The notes beneath the pieces were generated by a model. The model ran no database searches and had not been told where the DNA came from. It saw nothing but the letters and a program-made list of their open reading frames with translations. Positions 45,957-55,726 of a DNA stretch of 64,000 nt are shown here, piece after piece (positions within the stretch are counted from its first letter, which is position 1; every line of letters starts with the position of its first letter). The stretch is from an uncultured Alphaproteobacteria bacterium (GTDB taxonomy: Bacteria; Pseudomonadota; Alphaproteobacteria; CBDUZE01), in the NCBI GenBank assembly GCA_965371625.1, contig CBDUZE010000002.1:92960-156959 (forward strand). Direction: 5' to 3'. The position numbers and the translations under genes were made by a program.

Positions 45957-46697
45957 ATGCCCCGCGTGGTCGCTAGCATCGAGGCTCGCATGGCCTCGTC
46001 GCGGCTGCCCGGCAAGATCCTGTCGGACATCAACGGCGCGCCCTCGCTGACACGGCTGGTGCGTCGGCTCAGGCGCTGCCGGCGGCTCGACGGCATCGTG
46101 CTCGCCACCACCACCGCGTCGAGCGACGACGCCACCGCGGCCTGGGCCGAGGCGGAGGGCGTCACCTGCTACCGCGGCAGCGTCGACGACGTGCTCGAGC
46201 GGGTGGTCGAGGCGCAGCGCAGCATGGAGTCCGAGATCGTGGTCGAGGTCGGTGGCGACACGCCCCTGCTCGACCCGGGCATCATCGACATGGCGATCGA
46301 GACCTTTCTCATCAACGACTGCGACGTGGTCAGCAACACCTGGAAGCTCACGTTCCCGCAAGGGGTGGACGCGCAGGTGTTCCGGCTCGGCGCGCTCGAG
46401 GAGGTGGCGCGGGCCTGCGACGACGCGGCGGTGCGGGAGCACGTCTCGCTTTACTTCTACGAGCACCCCGAGCGCTACCGCATCCTCAACCTGGTGGCGC
46501 CGCCCCGCTGGCGCGCCCCGGAGCTTCGCTTCCAGCTCGACTACGCCGAGGACCAGAGCTTCATCAACCGCGTCTATGCCCTGCTCGAGCCCGAGCACGG
46601 GGACGACTTCGGGGTCGAGGAGATCCTGGCGTTGCTGCGCCGCCAGCCGGCGCTGGCGGAGATCAATCGGCACTGCGAGGAGCGCGCGCCGAGATGA
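45957..46697 (+). CDS. Cytidylyltransferase-family protein (second NeuA/SpsF-like paralog)
   Basis: Internal ATG (MPRVVASIEARMASSRLPGKIL), the canonical N-motif. Confidence 0.65.
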   Translation: MPRVVASIEARMASSRLPGKILSDINGAPSLTRLVRRLRRCRRLDGIVLATTTASSDDATAAWAEAEGVTCYRGSVDDVLERVVEAQRSMESEIVVEVGGDTPLLDPGIIDMAIETFLINDCDVVSNTWKLTFPQGVDAQVFRLGALEEVARACDDAAVREHVSLYFYEHPERYRILNLVAPPRWRAPELRFQLDYAEDQSFINRVYALLEPEHGDDFGVEEILALLRRQPALAEINRHCEERAPR

Positions 46698-47722
46698 CCC
46701 CGCGGCCGCTCCGCACCGCGCTCATCGGCTTCGGCATGGCGGCCGACGGCTTCGGCGCCGACCCCCTGATGGCCCGGCACTTCAGCTACGCGAGCCACGC
46801 CCAGGTGCTGGCCGCGCACCCGGCCTTCGCCTGGCAGGCCGTGGTCGACCGCTCCGAGGAAGCCCGCGAACGCGCCCGGACCAAGTGGTCTATCGGCCAC
46901 CTGGCGGAGACGCCCGAGGCGCTGTGCCAGAGCTTCGACCCCGAGGTCGCGGTGATCGCGACGCCGCCCCGGGGCCGCCGCGAGATCGTCGAGCGGCTGC
47001 CAAACCTCAAGGCGGTGGTGGTGGAGAAGCCGCTCGGCACCTCGCTGCCTGAGGCGCGGGCCTTCCTCGACCACTGCCGCGCCCGCGGCATCCTGGTCCA
47101 GGTCAACTACTGGCGCCGCGCCGTCCCCGGCTTCCGTGAGCTGGCCGACGGCGGGCTGGTCGAGCTGATAGGCCGGCCGCAAGCGGTGTTCGCCACCTAT
47201 GGCAACGGCCTCCTCAACAACGGCTCGCACCTGGTCGACTTCGTGCGCATGCTGCTGGGCGAGGTGGTGTCGGCCGAGACGATCGGGGGAGCGGTTGCGG
47301 CCGCCGCGGCTTCGGCTGAGGGCGACGCCGAGGTCCCCTTCACGCTTGGGCTCGCGGACGGCGCCGTGGTGATGGCCCAGCCCCTCGACTTCCGGCATTA
47401 CCGCGAGGTCAGCCTCGACATCTGGGGTCGGGCCGGACGCCTGGCGCTGATGCAGGAGTCGCTTTCGGTGCTGCACTACCCGCTCGGCGACAACCGGGGG
47501 CTCGCCGCCGAGCGCGAGGTGGCGTCCGACCGGCCGCGCCGCATCCCGTGCCCGGTGGATCGGGCGTTCTACGAGATCTACGACAACCTGTGGGCCGCAA
47601 TCCAGGGCACGGCGCCGCTCCTGAGCCCGGGCGACTCGGCCCTCGCCAGCGAGACCGTGGTGCACGGTCTGCTGGGCCAGGCGGCGAGCGACGGACCCGC
47701 GCTCGCCCGCGCCGGAGGCTGA
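46694..47722 (+). CDS. Gfo/Idh/MocA-family oxidoreductase (second copy)
   Basis: LRTALIGFGMAADGF Rossmann N-terminus and VVVEKPLG motif. Confidence 0.7.
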   Translation: MTPRPLRTALIGFGMAADGFGADPLMARHFSYASHAQVLAAHPAFAWQAVVDRSEEARERARTKWSIGHLAETPEALCQSFDPEVAVIATPPRGRREIVERLPNLKAVVVEKPLGTSLPEARAFLDHCRARGILVQVNYWRRAVPGFRELADGGLVELIGRPQAVFATYGNGLLNNGSHLVDFVRMLLGEVVSAETIGGAVAAAAASAEGDAEVPFTLGLADGAVVMAQPLDFRHYREVSLDIWGRAGRLALMQESLSVLHYPLGDNRGLAAEREVASDRPRRIPCPVDRAFYEIYDNLWAAIQGTAPLLSPGDSALASETVVHGLLGQAASDGPALARAGG

Positions 47723-47735
47723 GCGGAGAGCCGGC

Positions 47736-48887
47736 ATGTCGTCCGCGACCGACGTTCTCATCTTCGTCGAGGATCCCGGCGCCGCAAACTACGTGGCGCC
47801 CCTGCCGGCGGCGCTCGGCGCGCGGGGCCTTCGGTGCCGGCTGGTGGCGGGCGGCGCCGGCGCGCAGGTGCTCACGCGAGAGGGGACGGCGTTCGATCCT
47901 TACGACGGCGGCAGTGCCGAGGCGATGCTCGCGGCCACCAACCCCCGGCTGCTGGTGGCCGGAACGGCCGAGGCCGCCGATGCCACGGGCCTCGCGCTCA
48001 TCGGAGGGGCGCGGGCGAGGGGAATCGTCACCGCCGGCGTGGTCGACAGCCCGGCCAATCCGGAATTTCGCTTCCGCGGTCACGGGCAGGCGCCGCTCGC
48101 CCACGCGCCCGAGTGGATCCTGGTGCCCGACGGCGAGACGCGCGCGGCGTTCGTCTCCCTCGGGGCGCCCGAGAATCGCGTGGTGGCTTGTGGCCACCCC
48201 GCGTACGACGCGGTCCGAGAGGGGCGCGCCACCCTCGAGGCAAGGGGCCGCGACGCGGTGCGGCGCTCGCTGTGGCCGGAAGCGCCCAGCGGCGCGCCCG
48301 TGGTGGTCTTCCTGGCCGAGATCTCGGGCGGTCCCGACCCCGCCCTCTATCGCCGCGGCCCTGACTACACGCTCGAGGGCACGAGCCGCAACGATGGCCG
48401 CACCGAGATCGTGCTCGAGGAGTTTCTCCACGCAATCGCGGGATTCAATCCCCGCCCACATCTGATCTTGAGACTTCATCCGAAGAACACGGCCCGGGAG
48501 TTCGACGCCTACCGCGCGGACCTCGATCGGATGAGCCAAGCGGACCCCATCGACGAGGTGATCTTCGCCGCCGACCTGGTGGTCGGAATGACTTCCGAGC
48601 CAATGCTGCGGGCGGTGCTGCTGGGCCGGCCCACCCTCTCGATCCTGCCGCGCGAGGTCGAGCGCGAGTGGCTGCACACAATCGTCGCCGGCATCACGCC
48701 TTGCGCGACCTCGCGCGAGGCCGTGCGCCGGGAGCTCGCCCGAGCGCTGGGCGCGCCGGAGCTCGAGCCTGGCCTGGTCGAGCGCTGGCTCCCGGCCGGC
48801 GCCACGGCGCGCGTGGCCGACCTGCTCGAGGGCCTGTTGCGCGACCGCGAGCGCTCGGCGGAACGGCGCCGTGCGGGCGCGCTCTGA
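47736..48887 (+). CDS. Hypothetical GT-B-fold-like protein, possibly a UDP-sugar 2-epimerase/hydrolase (NeuC/PseG-like)
   Basis: Only a weak resemblance of the C-terminal DLVVGMTSEPMLRAVLLGRPTLSI segment to epimerase/GT-B motifs. Placement within the nonulosonate cluster is the main support. Confidence 0.35.
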   Translation: MSSATDVLIFVEDPGAANYVAPLPAALGARGLRCRLVAGGAGAQVLTREGTAFDPYDGGSAEAMLAATNPRLLVAGTAEAADATGLALIGGARARGIVTAGVVDSPANPEFRFRGHGQAPLAHAPEWILVPDGETRAAFVSLGAPENRVVACGHPAYDAVREGRATLEARGRDAVRRSLWPEAPSGAPVVVFLAEISGGPDPALYRRGPDYTLEGTSRNDGRTEIVLEEFLHAIAGFNPRPHLILRLHPKNTAREFDAYRADLDRMSQADPIDEVIFAADLVVGMTSEPMLRAVLLGRPTLSILPREVEREWLHTIVAGITPCATSREAVRRELARALGAPELEPGLVERWLPAGATARVADLLEGLLRDRERSAERRRAGAL

Positions 48888-48891
48888 GGCC

Positions 48892-49470
48892 ATGGCGACG
48901 CCGCCTGAGCTCGAGTGCGAGCGCCTGCGCCTGGTGCCCTTCGCCGAGCAGCACCTGAGCGAACGCTACGTGGGCTGGCTCAACGATCCAGAGGTGGTGC
49001 GGTTCAGCGAGCAGCGCCATCGCCAGCACAGCCTCGAGTCGTGCCGCGCCTATTGGCGCTCCTTCGAGGACGCGCCCAACCTGTTCTGGGCCATCGTCGC
49101 CCGCGACCCCGGGCTCGGCCATATCGGCAATCTGAGCGTCTATGTCGACCCCCCCAATCGGCTCGCCGACGTCACCATCCTGATCGGCGAGAAGCGGGCC
49201 TGGAAGCGGGGCCTGGGGTCCGAGGCCTGGTCGGCGGTGTGCGACTACCTGTTGGCGGCGGGCGGCATGCGCAAGGTCTCGGCCGGCACGCTGGCCGAGA
49301 ACGCGGGCATGCTCGGCATCATGCGCCGCGCCGGCATGGTCGAGGACGGCCGGCGGCGGCGCCACTACCTGTTGGAGGATCGCGAGGTCGACGTGGTCCA
49401 CCTCGCCCTGTTCCGGAGCGTCCCGCGAGGGCATCGCCTTGCGCCCGACCTTGAGAAAGCCCGCACATGA
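48892..49470 (+). CDS. GNAT-family N-acetyltransferase (RimL-like)
   Basis: ...GNLSVYVDPPNRLADVTILIGEKRAWKRGLGSEAW... GNAT core. Confidence 0.6.
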   Translation: MATPPELECERLRLVPFAEQHLSERYVGWLNDPEVVRFSEQRHRQHSLESCRAYWRSFEDAPNLFWAIVARDPGLGHIGNLSVYVDPPNRLADVTILIGEKRAWKRGLGSEAWSAVCDYLLAAGGMRKVSAGTLAENAGMLGIMRRAGMVEDGRRRRHYLLEDREVDVVHLALFRSVPRGHRLAPDLEKART

Positions 49471-50963
49471 CCAGTCCCGACCCTCTCGCCTCAATAGGCT
49501 TTCGCTCGGGCATTCACTACCGCTATCTCCTCGGTGACGTGGCCGCTTTGCTCAAGCAGCGGCACGGCAGTGCCATCCACGTATTTTGCGCGACGCCGCA
49601 GGACGCGAAACATTACAGGGATCTCAACCAGGACGGGCGGTTCGACTCGATCACCGTCGAGGTCATTCCGCACCGGGTCGATCTCGAGACCGACCTCGAT
49701 CGCGAGGTCGTCGTCGCCGAATCCGAGGCCTGGGAGGAACGGCTCGGCATAACCATGAATTCACTGATAATGGGGAACCGCCACCTGGGACGAAGCTACT
49801 CGTTGGGTGGCTTTTATAATCCTCGCTCGCGCTTCTCAGAGAACGTGAATTACATCCAGGCGCTCCATGGCTTCAACAAGACATTGGAATTCTGGGAACG
49901 CCATGTATCCGAAAAGAAAATTTCACTCGCTCTTAATACCAGCAAGGAGCTCGCGGTAATCTGTCGGTTGCTCGGGGCTCTTCAGCGATCCCTGTCGTCA
50001 TCGGGCTACGAGGGCTATCATTTCTGGGGCGAAAACGAGTACTTCGAGAATCCGACGTTTGAAAAAGCCTACCATTTGGCGACGGGCTCGGAAACAGCTG
50101 AGATCGATAAACCCTATGTGCAGGCCATGGCGACCAGGAGTAGGGCCCTGGAAATGGCCACTGCCTTCTCGCTTGTGCGGGATCTGGCACGATACGCGGC
50201 ACAACACGCGTACGGCAGGATTCGACGTTACGACAAGGCAAAGGAACACATACTGTGGCAAGTCGTGAAGTGGCGCTCGAAGATCTATCTTGACTTCAAG
50301 GGTCTGGCCTCCCGGCAGAGTGTCACGCTTGAGGAGCTCGGCGAGTCACCGTTCGTTTTCTACCCCTTGCATGAGGAGCCGGAGACCACGCTCACCGTGG
50401 GCTCGCCGGAGTACTTCAACCAGATGCAAGCGATCGCCACCCTGGCACGGGACCTGCCGGCGGGGGTGCTGCTGGCGGTCAAGGAAACGCCGTACGGAGT
50501 GGGTCGCCGGCCCGATAACTTTTACGATCAGATCACCGAGTTCAAGAACGTGGTTTGGCTCGACATGCCCGAATTGGGCCCCAACGTGGTACGAAAAGCC
50601 GCCGCCGTCGCCACCATCGCGGGGACCGCGGGGTTCGAAGCGGCTGTTTTGGGCAAACCGGTGATCAGCTTCGGGCGCCACAACAGCTACAACTTTCTTC
50701 CTCACGTTTTCGTTGTTCAATCCGAGGATGAGCTAGCGGCACATTTGCGGGCGGCGCTTTCCGAGGGCTTCGACGGCAAGCGGGCCAAAGCCGACGGCGC
50801 CCGATTCCTCGAGGCGGTGGTCACCGAGTCCTGCGACCTTTTCGGATACGATTACATCAACGTCCGCGATTACGAGCAAGAGACGGTCGAAAACGCCTAT
50901 GGCGGCCTGTTGAGAAGCCTGTCGATCGAACGCCGAGACGAAAGCTTGAGACAAGTTGGTTAG
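49467..50963 (+). CDS. Capsule polysaccharide biosynthesis protein (KpsS/KpsC/LpsZ-like, PF05159-type)
   Basis: FVFYPLHEEPETTL...LAVKETPYG resembles the Capsule_synth family. The gene has visibly lower GC than its neighbours. Confidence 0.5.
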   Translation: MTSPDPLASIGFRSGIHYRYLLGDVAALLKQRHGSAIHVFCATPQDAKHYRDLNQDGRFDSITVEVIPHRVDLETDLDREVVVAESEAWEERLGITMNSLIMGNRHLGRSYSLGGFYNPRSRFSENVNYIQALHGFNKTLEFWERHVSEKKISLALNTSKELAVICRLLGALQRSLSSSGYEGYHFWGENEYFENPTFEKAYHLATGSETAEIDKPYVQAMATRSRALEMATAFSLVRDLARYAAQHAYGRIRRYDKAKEHILWQVVKWRSKIYLDFKGLASRQSVTLEELGESPFVFYPLHEEPETTLTVGSPEYFNQMQAIATLARDLPAGVLLAVKETPYGVGRRPDNFYDQITEFKNVVWLDMPELGPNVVRKAAAVATIAGTAGFEAAVLGKPVISFGRHNSYNFLPHVFVVQSEDELAAHLRAALSEGFDGKRAKADGARFLEAVVTESCDLFGYDYINVRDYEQETVENAYGGLLRSLSIERRDESLRQVG

Positions 50964-51016
50964 TATGGCGTCCCGAGCCGGCGAAGGGTGCGGGAGCTCG
51001 GCATGGGCCGCATGGG

Positions 51017-51172
51017 CTCTAGAGCGAGTCCAGGTCAATTGGAATCGCTCTCAGGCCGCGACTGCGGCCCGCCGGTCGTCCGGCGCGCCCGCGCAGGCGC
51101 GGACCCTCGGGTCCGCTGCCGTGAGCGAAAAGAACCTAGGGCGGTTCCGAGCAATGCGGAACCGCTCTAGGC
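51017..51172. repeat. ~150-bp hairpin-rich repeat element, copy 2 (inverted relative to copy 1 at 16686..16838)
   Basis: The reverse complement aligns to copy 1 with a near-identical ~100-bp core. The terminal stems carry compensatory changes. Confidence 0.75.
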
Positions 51173-52516
51173 GGCCGCGGGCACCACGATGGGCACCGAC
51201 TCAGGGCACACGGTCGCCGCCAGACCCAGCAAGGTGTAGTCGCCGTAACGCGGCGCCACCAGCTGCAGGCCGAAGGGCAACCCATGGGGCCCCGTGAACA
51301 AGGGTAGGCTAAGGCTCGGCGCCCCCGCCAGGGTCCAGATCAGAGCCGAATCGTCCGCTTCGACACCCTCGCTCCATTTCGGCGCTTCGCCGGCGACCGA
51401 AAGCGTGATCAAGGCGTCGAAGCCGTCCATTACCTCATGGAGCTGGCCCTCGATCGCACGCTGGCGCGCGGTCGCCGCGAGATACTCATCGGGCGTGATC
51501 CGCGCCCCTTCGTCGGTGATCTGGCGGAAGATGTCGCTGACCTTGTCGGGTTGCTGAAGTTCTTTCTCGAAGTAGTAGGAAAGCTGCTTGTGATAAATCG
51601 TGCGCAAGGTCTGGTGGGCGTCGGCGAAAAGTTGTCGAAGGTCGAGCTCCTCGACGCTGACGTCCGCACGGTTGGCCAACTGATTGGCGAACTCGACGAC
51701 CCCGTCGCGGGCATAAGCTTTGGCGCCGTCCCAAGTCGGCGGCAGCCCCAGTGCCACCTTCCAGCCCTGCGATCCCTCGCGCTTTGCCGCCGCGCGCGCG
51801 AGTCCGCGCTTCATCATCGGATAGTCGCGGCCCCGTACGCGCAGGGCCTCGAGCATCAGTCGGACATCGGCGATGCTCCGCGCGAGAAAGCCAATGGTGT
51901 CGAGCGTGTCCACGGTCTTCAGCACGCCGGTGCGTGGGATCAGTCCGAACGACGGTTTGAAGCCGACGACACCGCAATAGCTTGCCGGGCGGATGATCGA
52001 TCCCGCCGTCTGGGTCGCCAACGCCACCGGGACCATGCCGCAGGCCACCGCCACCGCTGAGCCAGTCGACGAGGTGCCGGGGATGCGATCCCGGTCACGT
52101 GGATTGCGAGTCGATCCCGGCGCGTGGGTGGCGAACTCCGCCGTGACGGTCTTGCCCACCATCACCGCGCCCAACAGCTTGGCGCGGGAGATGACTCGGG
52201 CGTCGTTCCCGGGGGTGAAACCGCGCCACAGGTCGCTGCCCATGGCGGTCGGCATGGCGCTGGTATTGAAGCAATCCTTGACCGCCACAGGTACGCCGGC
52301 GAGCAAAGGTTCGGGGCGGACTTTCGCCCACTCCACGCCATCCCGGTCGCGGGCAGCGTCGCGGGCAAGGGCGTGGTCGAGAAAGGCCCAGGCCCGAGCC
52401 TCGTCCTCGATGGCGGCGATGCGCGCCAGGCAGGCCTCCATCCACGCGCTCGGTTCGAGTTCGCCGGCCCTGACCCGGGCGGCACCTTCCGTAGCGGTTA
52501 GCGATACGAGGTCCAT
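51167..52516 (-). CDS. Amidase (amidase-signature family)
   Basis: GGSSTGSAVAVA...GSIIRPAS amidase-signature-like region. Start at the internal ATG (MDLVSLT...). Confidence 0.75.
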   Translation of the reverse strand: MDLVSLTATEGAARVRAGELEPSAWMEACLARIAAIEDEARAWAFLDHALARDAARDRDGVEWAKVRPEPLLAGVPVAVKDCFNTSAMPTAMGSDLWRGFTPGNDARVISRAKLLGAVMVGKTVTAEFATHAPGSTRNPRDRDRIPGTSSTGSAVAVACGMVPVALATQTAGSIIRPASYCGVVGFKPSFGLIPRTGVLKTVDTLDTIGFLARSIADVRLMLEALRVRGRDYPMMKRGLARAAAKREGSQGWKVALGLPPTWDGAKAYARDGVVEFANQLANRADVSVEELDLRQLFADAHQTLRTIYHKQLSYYFEKELQQPDKVSDIFRQITDEGARITPDEYLAATARQRAIEGQLHEVMDGFDALITLSVAGEAPKWSEGVEADDSALIWTLAGAPSLSLPLFTGPHGLPFGLQLVAPRYGDYTLLGLAATVCPESVPIVVPAAA

Positions 52517-52553
52517 CGGCGACTCCGCGGTAACCGCCGCGCGGTCGGGCGTG

Positions 52554-53720
52554 TTACGTCGCGCCGTCACGAGCCGCCTTGCGCCGGGCCGCATCCTCGA
52601 GCGCCGCCTGAATTTCCTCTCGCGTCAGCGCCCCGAGCGCCTCCCGGTGACCGTCCATGATGGCGAAGAACTCGTCCCGCGTGTAGCCCGCGCTCTCGAG
52701 GTAGTAGTCCAGGATCCCGGGCTCCACCGAGTCGGTCTCGCGCACCAGCTCGTAGCCCTCCTCGAGGGTCATCAGGCCGGCGCGGACGTCAAGCGCCATG
52801 TGGTCGGTGCCACGCCCGTAGCCGCGCTTGAGGAACTTGGTGAAGTCGTGGACGCCCGGCATGCGGCACTCGACGCTCTTGTAGCACTTGTAGGTGCCCT
52901 CGACGGTGTCCTCTTGCCAGCCGTAACGGTCGCGCAGGAACTCCATCTGCCGCTCGCCGTCCCAGAAGATGTAGTTGCCGAGGTGGAGGCCGAAGAAGCC
53001 GCTCTCCTTTATCTCCTCCTTGCTCGGCACCTTGAACGGCGCCAGGTCGCGCTCCGGCAGGTAGTCGCAGGCGAACTCCTCGGGGTAGTAGAACGCGGAG
53101 ACCTTGGTGAAGTAGTCCTGGTCGTACTCGACGATGTTCTCGTAGTCGGCGGTGGCCGAGGCCTCGGCCGCGGACTCGCCGTATACCATCAGCGGGATCT
53201 TGAACCTCACCGCCGCCTGCACCGGAAAGGAGCCGACGCCAGCGTGGCAGTGCCAGCACGAATCGCCGATCATCTCGAGCGAGCGCCGGGCGCAGCGGTT
53301 CACCAGGCCGCGGCTGGGCGTGAACATGACGTGGTCGACGTCGAAGGTCTCGAGACACCACTGCAGGTTCTTGCGCCCGGTGTCGGAGAACCAGTTGTGG
53401 CTGAAGGTGCAGGCCAGCGGCTTCATGTCGTAGACCTCGGTCATGAGGTAGAGCTGGAAGGCGCTGTCCTTGCCGCCGCTGATCGGCACGATGCAGTCGT
53501 AGTCGGAGCCGTCGCGGCGGCGAAAGCGATCGAGAATGGCGCGCAGCTCCTTGTCCTTCTCGCGCCAGTTTATGTGCATCTTCTGCTCCGACGCCCGGCA
53601 CGCTACACAGACGCCCAGTTCGTCGTACTTGGCCTCAGGCTCGGTGCTCGGCATGCCGCACCGGATGCAGTAATGGAGGCTCGAGAACATTGGTGATTTC
53701 GGGTCCGGGTTGTACGCCAT
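52554..53720 (-). CDS. N-acetyl sugar amidotransferase (WbpG-like PP-loop family), second paralog
   Basis: CIRCGMP...GVCVAC zinc ribbon and an ISGGKDSAFQ PP-loop. Confidence 0.7.
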   Translation of the reverse strand: MAYNPDPKSPMFSSLHYCIRCGMPSTEPEAKYDELGVCVACRASEQKMHINWREKDKELRAILDRFRRRDGSDYDCIVPISGGKDSAFQLYLMTEVYDMKPLACTFSHNWFSDTGRKNLQWCLETFDVDHVMFTPSRGLVNRCARRSLEMIGDSCWHCHAGVGSFPVQAAVRFKIPLMVYGESAAEASATADYENIVEYDQDYFTKVSAFYYPEEFACDYLPERDLAPFKVPSKEEIKESGFFGLHLGNYIFWDGERQMEFLRDRYGWQEDTVEGTYKCYKSVECRMPGVHDFTKFLKRGYGRGTDHMALDVRAGLMTLEEGYELVRETDSVEPGILDYYLESAGYTRDEFFAIMDGHREALGALTREEIQAALEDAARRKAARDGAT

Positions 53721-53934
53721 CCGTCGGCCTCAGCGTTGCATGTTGCACGAAACCTGCCGGCCCGGGCTTGACCACTCGGGTTGAGTTTCGGCCTCCCGCT
53801 GACCGCAGGCGGCGACCCGACTCAGGCGACCTAGCCGCATCGCTACCGGTTAGCGCGTTCCCGAGAGAATGTCAATTTGCCCGGTTTTGGGCGCCCGGCG
53901 TTGAAGCGAGCCCCCGCACGGAGAGCGCATACAC

Positions 53935-55722
53935 GTGCTAACGAAGATATTCAGTCTGCTCACCAGACCTTTGCAGCTCGAGGCCCTGGCGGTGCTCGTG
54001 GCGAGCCTGGTCATGGCCGCCGTCGAGGTCGTCGGCGTGGGCTCGATCTTCTGGTTCATCAAGCTGGTCGCCGAGCCGACGATCATCCAAGAGAACCAGT
54101 GGCTGGCCCGAGTCTACCGCGACTACGGCTTCTCGGACACCAAGGAGTTCCTGATCGTCGGTGGGCTCGCGTTGCTCGCAATCATACTGTTCCGAAACGC
54201 GTTTGCCGCCTTTGCGCTCTGGCTGCGCACCCATTTCGTCAACGTCGCCAACCTGGCGATCTCGAATCGCTTGCTCGGCAGCTATTTGCGTCGGCCCTAT
54301 GCCTACTTCCTCGCCACCAACAGCGCGCGCTTGAGCAACAACGTCCTGGTCGAGGTCTCGAACGTCGTCAACGGCGTCATCATGCCGACCGCGACCCTGG
54401 TCTCCGACGGCGCCGTGGCCATTGCAATGCTGGCGCTCCTGGTGTGGCACGACCCGCTGCTCGCAACCTCGGTCACCATGGTGATGGGAGTCTTGTTCGC
54501 GACGATCTATCTCCTGGTGCGATCTCGCCTCGGCCACATGGGCGCACTACGCAAGCGCGCCAACGACGGGCGTTTCAAGGCCACGAACGAGGCCTTCGCC
54601 GGCATCAAGGAGGTGAAGTTCCTGGGGCGGGAGCAGTACTTCGAGGAGGGCTACGCCTATTGGCATCGTATCTTCGCCCGGCTTCACGTGGTCAGTGCCT
54701 TGATCAACCAGCTGCCGAGGTTCGGGATCGAGGCCCTGGCCTTCGGCGGCATGATGGTGATCCTGGTCTACACCATCGCGCAGACCGACAGGGTTTCCGA
54801 GACCGTGGGCGTGCTGGCCCTTTACGGGGCCGCGGCCTATCGCCTGATGCCGTCGCTCAACCGCATTTTGAGCGCGCTCACCTCGATGCGCTTCAACCAG
54901 GCCGTGGTGGACATCATCTGCGCCGATATCGAGGAAGGCGAACGGGTCGCCGTCGCACGCGCGGATCGGGTCGAGCCGCTGCCGTTCGAGCGCGAGATCC
55001 GTCTGCGCGACGTGAGCTTCAAGTACCCGAGCGGCGACCGGGAGGTGCTGAGTTCGTTCTCGCTGTGCATTCCGCGCAACCTCTCGGTCGGCCTGGTGGG
55101 ACCCACCGGCGCCGGCAAATCCACCGTGGTGGACGTCATCCTCGGCCTGCTCTATCCGAGCCAGGGGACGTTGGAGGTCGACGGTCGGCCGGTGACGCCG
55201 GCGACTCTTGCGAGCTGGCAGGCCAGCGTCAGTTACGTGCCGCAGCACATCTTCCTCACCGACGACACCGTGTTGCGCAATATCGCCTTCGGGATGCCCG
55301 ACCACGAGATCGATCGCGAGGCGGCGATCGAGGCCGCGAAGCTCGCGCACATCCACGACGTCATCGTGGGCGAGCTTCCCGACGGCTACGACACCACTCT
55401 CGGCGAGCGTGGGGTCCGGCTGAGCGGCGGACAGCGCCAGCGCATCGGCATCGCGCGCGCGCTCTACCGCCGGCCCAAGCTCCTGGTGATGGACGAGGCC
55501 ACCAGCGCGCTCGACGGCATCACCGAGGCGGTGATCAGCGAGGCGGTCGCCGACCTCGCCGGTAACATGGCCATGATCATCATCGCCCACCGGCTCAGCA
55601 CGGTGCGCCAATGCGACGTGCTCTACCTCATGGAGGGCGGGCGCATCGTCGCTGAAGGAACCTTCGACGAGCTGATGAGCACCAACACCACCTTCCGCGC
55701 CATGGCCCGTCAGGTCAGCTAG
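53935..55722 (+). CDS. ABC exporter, fused permease + ATPase (MsbA/PglK-like lipid-linked glycan flippase candidate)
   Basis: Six N-terminal TM segments. Walker A GPTGAGKST, signature LSGGQRQRIGIARAL, Walker B LLVMDEATS. Confidence 0.85.
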   Translation: MLTKIFSLLTRPLQLEALAVLVASLVMAAVEVVGVGSIFWFIKLVAEPTIIQENQWLARVYRDYGFSDTKEFLIVGGLALLAIILFRNAFAAFALWLRTHFVNVANLAISNRLLGSYLRRPYAYFLATNSARLSNNVLVEVSNVVNGVIMPTATLVSDGAVAIAMLALLVWHDPLLATSVTMVMGVLFATIYLLVRSRLGHMGALRKRANDGRFKATNEAFAGIKEVKFLGREQYFEEGYAYWHRIFARLHVVSALINQLPRFGIEALAFGGMMVILVYTIAQTDRVSETVGVLALYGAAAYRLMPSLNRILSALTSMRFNQAVVDIICADIEEGERVAVARADRVEPLPFEREIRLRDVSFKYPSGDREVLSSFSLCIPRNLSVGLVGPTGAGKSTVVDVILGLLYPSQGTLEVDGRPVTPATLASWQASVSYVPQHIFLTDDTVLRNIAFGMPDHEIDREAAIEAAKLAHIHDVIVGELPDGYDTTLGERGVRLSGGQRQRIGIARALYRRPKLLVMDEATSALDGITEAVISEAVADLAGNMAMIIIAHRLSTVRQCDVLYLMEGGRIVAEGTFDELMSTNTTFRAMARQVS

Positions 55723-55726
55723 CCCA

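Noticed and set aside
47409-48893. 494-aa minus-strand ORF and other overlapping long ORFs (e.g. 7003..7866, 8296..9225, 10191..10934, 11407..13053, 15079..16518, 28838..30160, 33455..34504, 35002..36006, 36672..37637, 45768..46673)
   Set aside because: All lie opposite or out of frame to genes with recognisable family motifs and show the Arg/Gly/Pro/Ala-rich composition of spurious high-GC frames.
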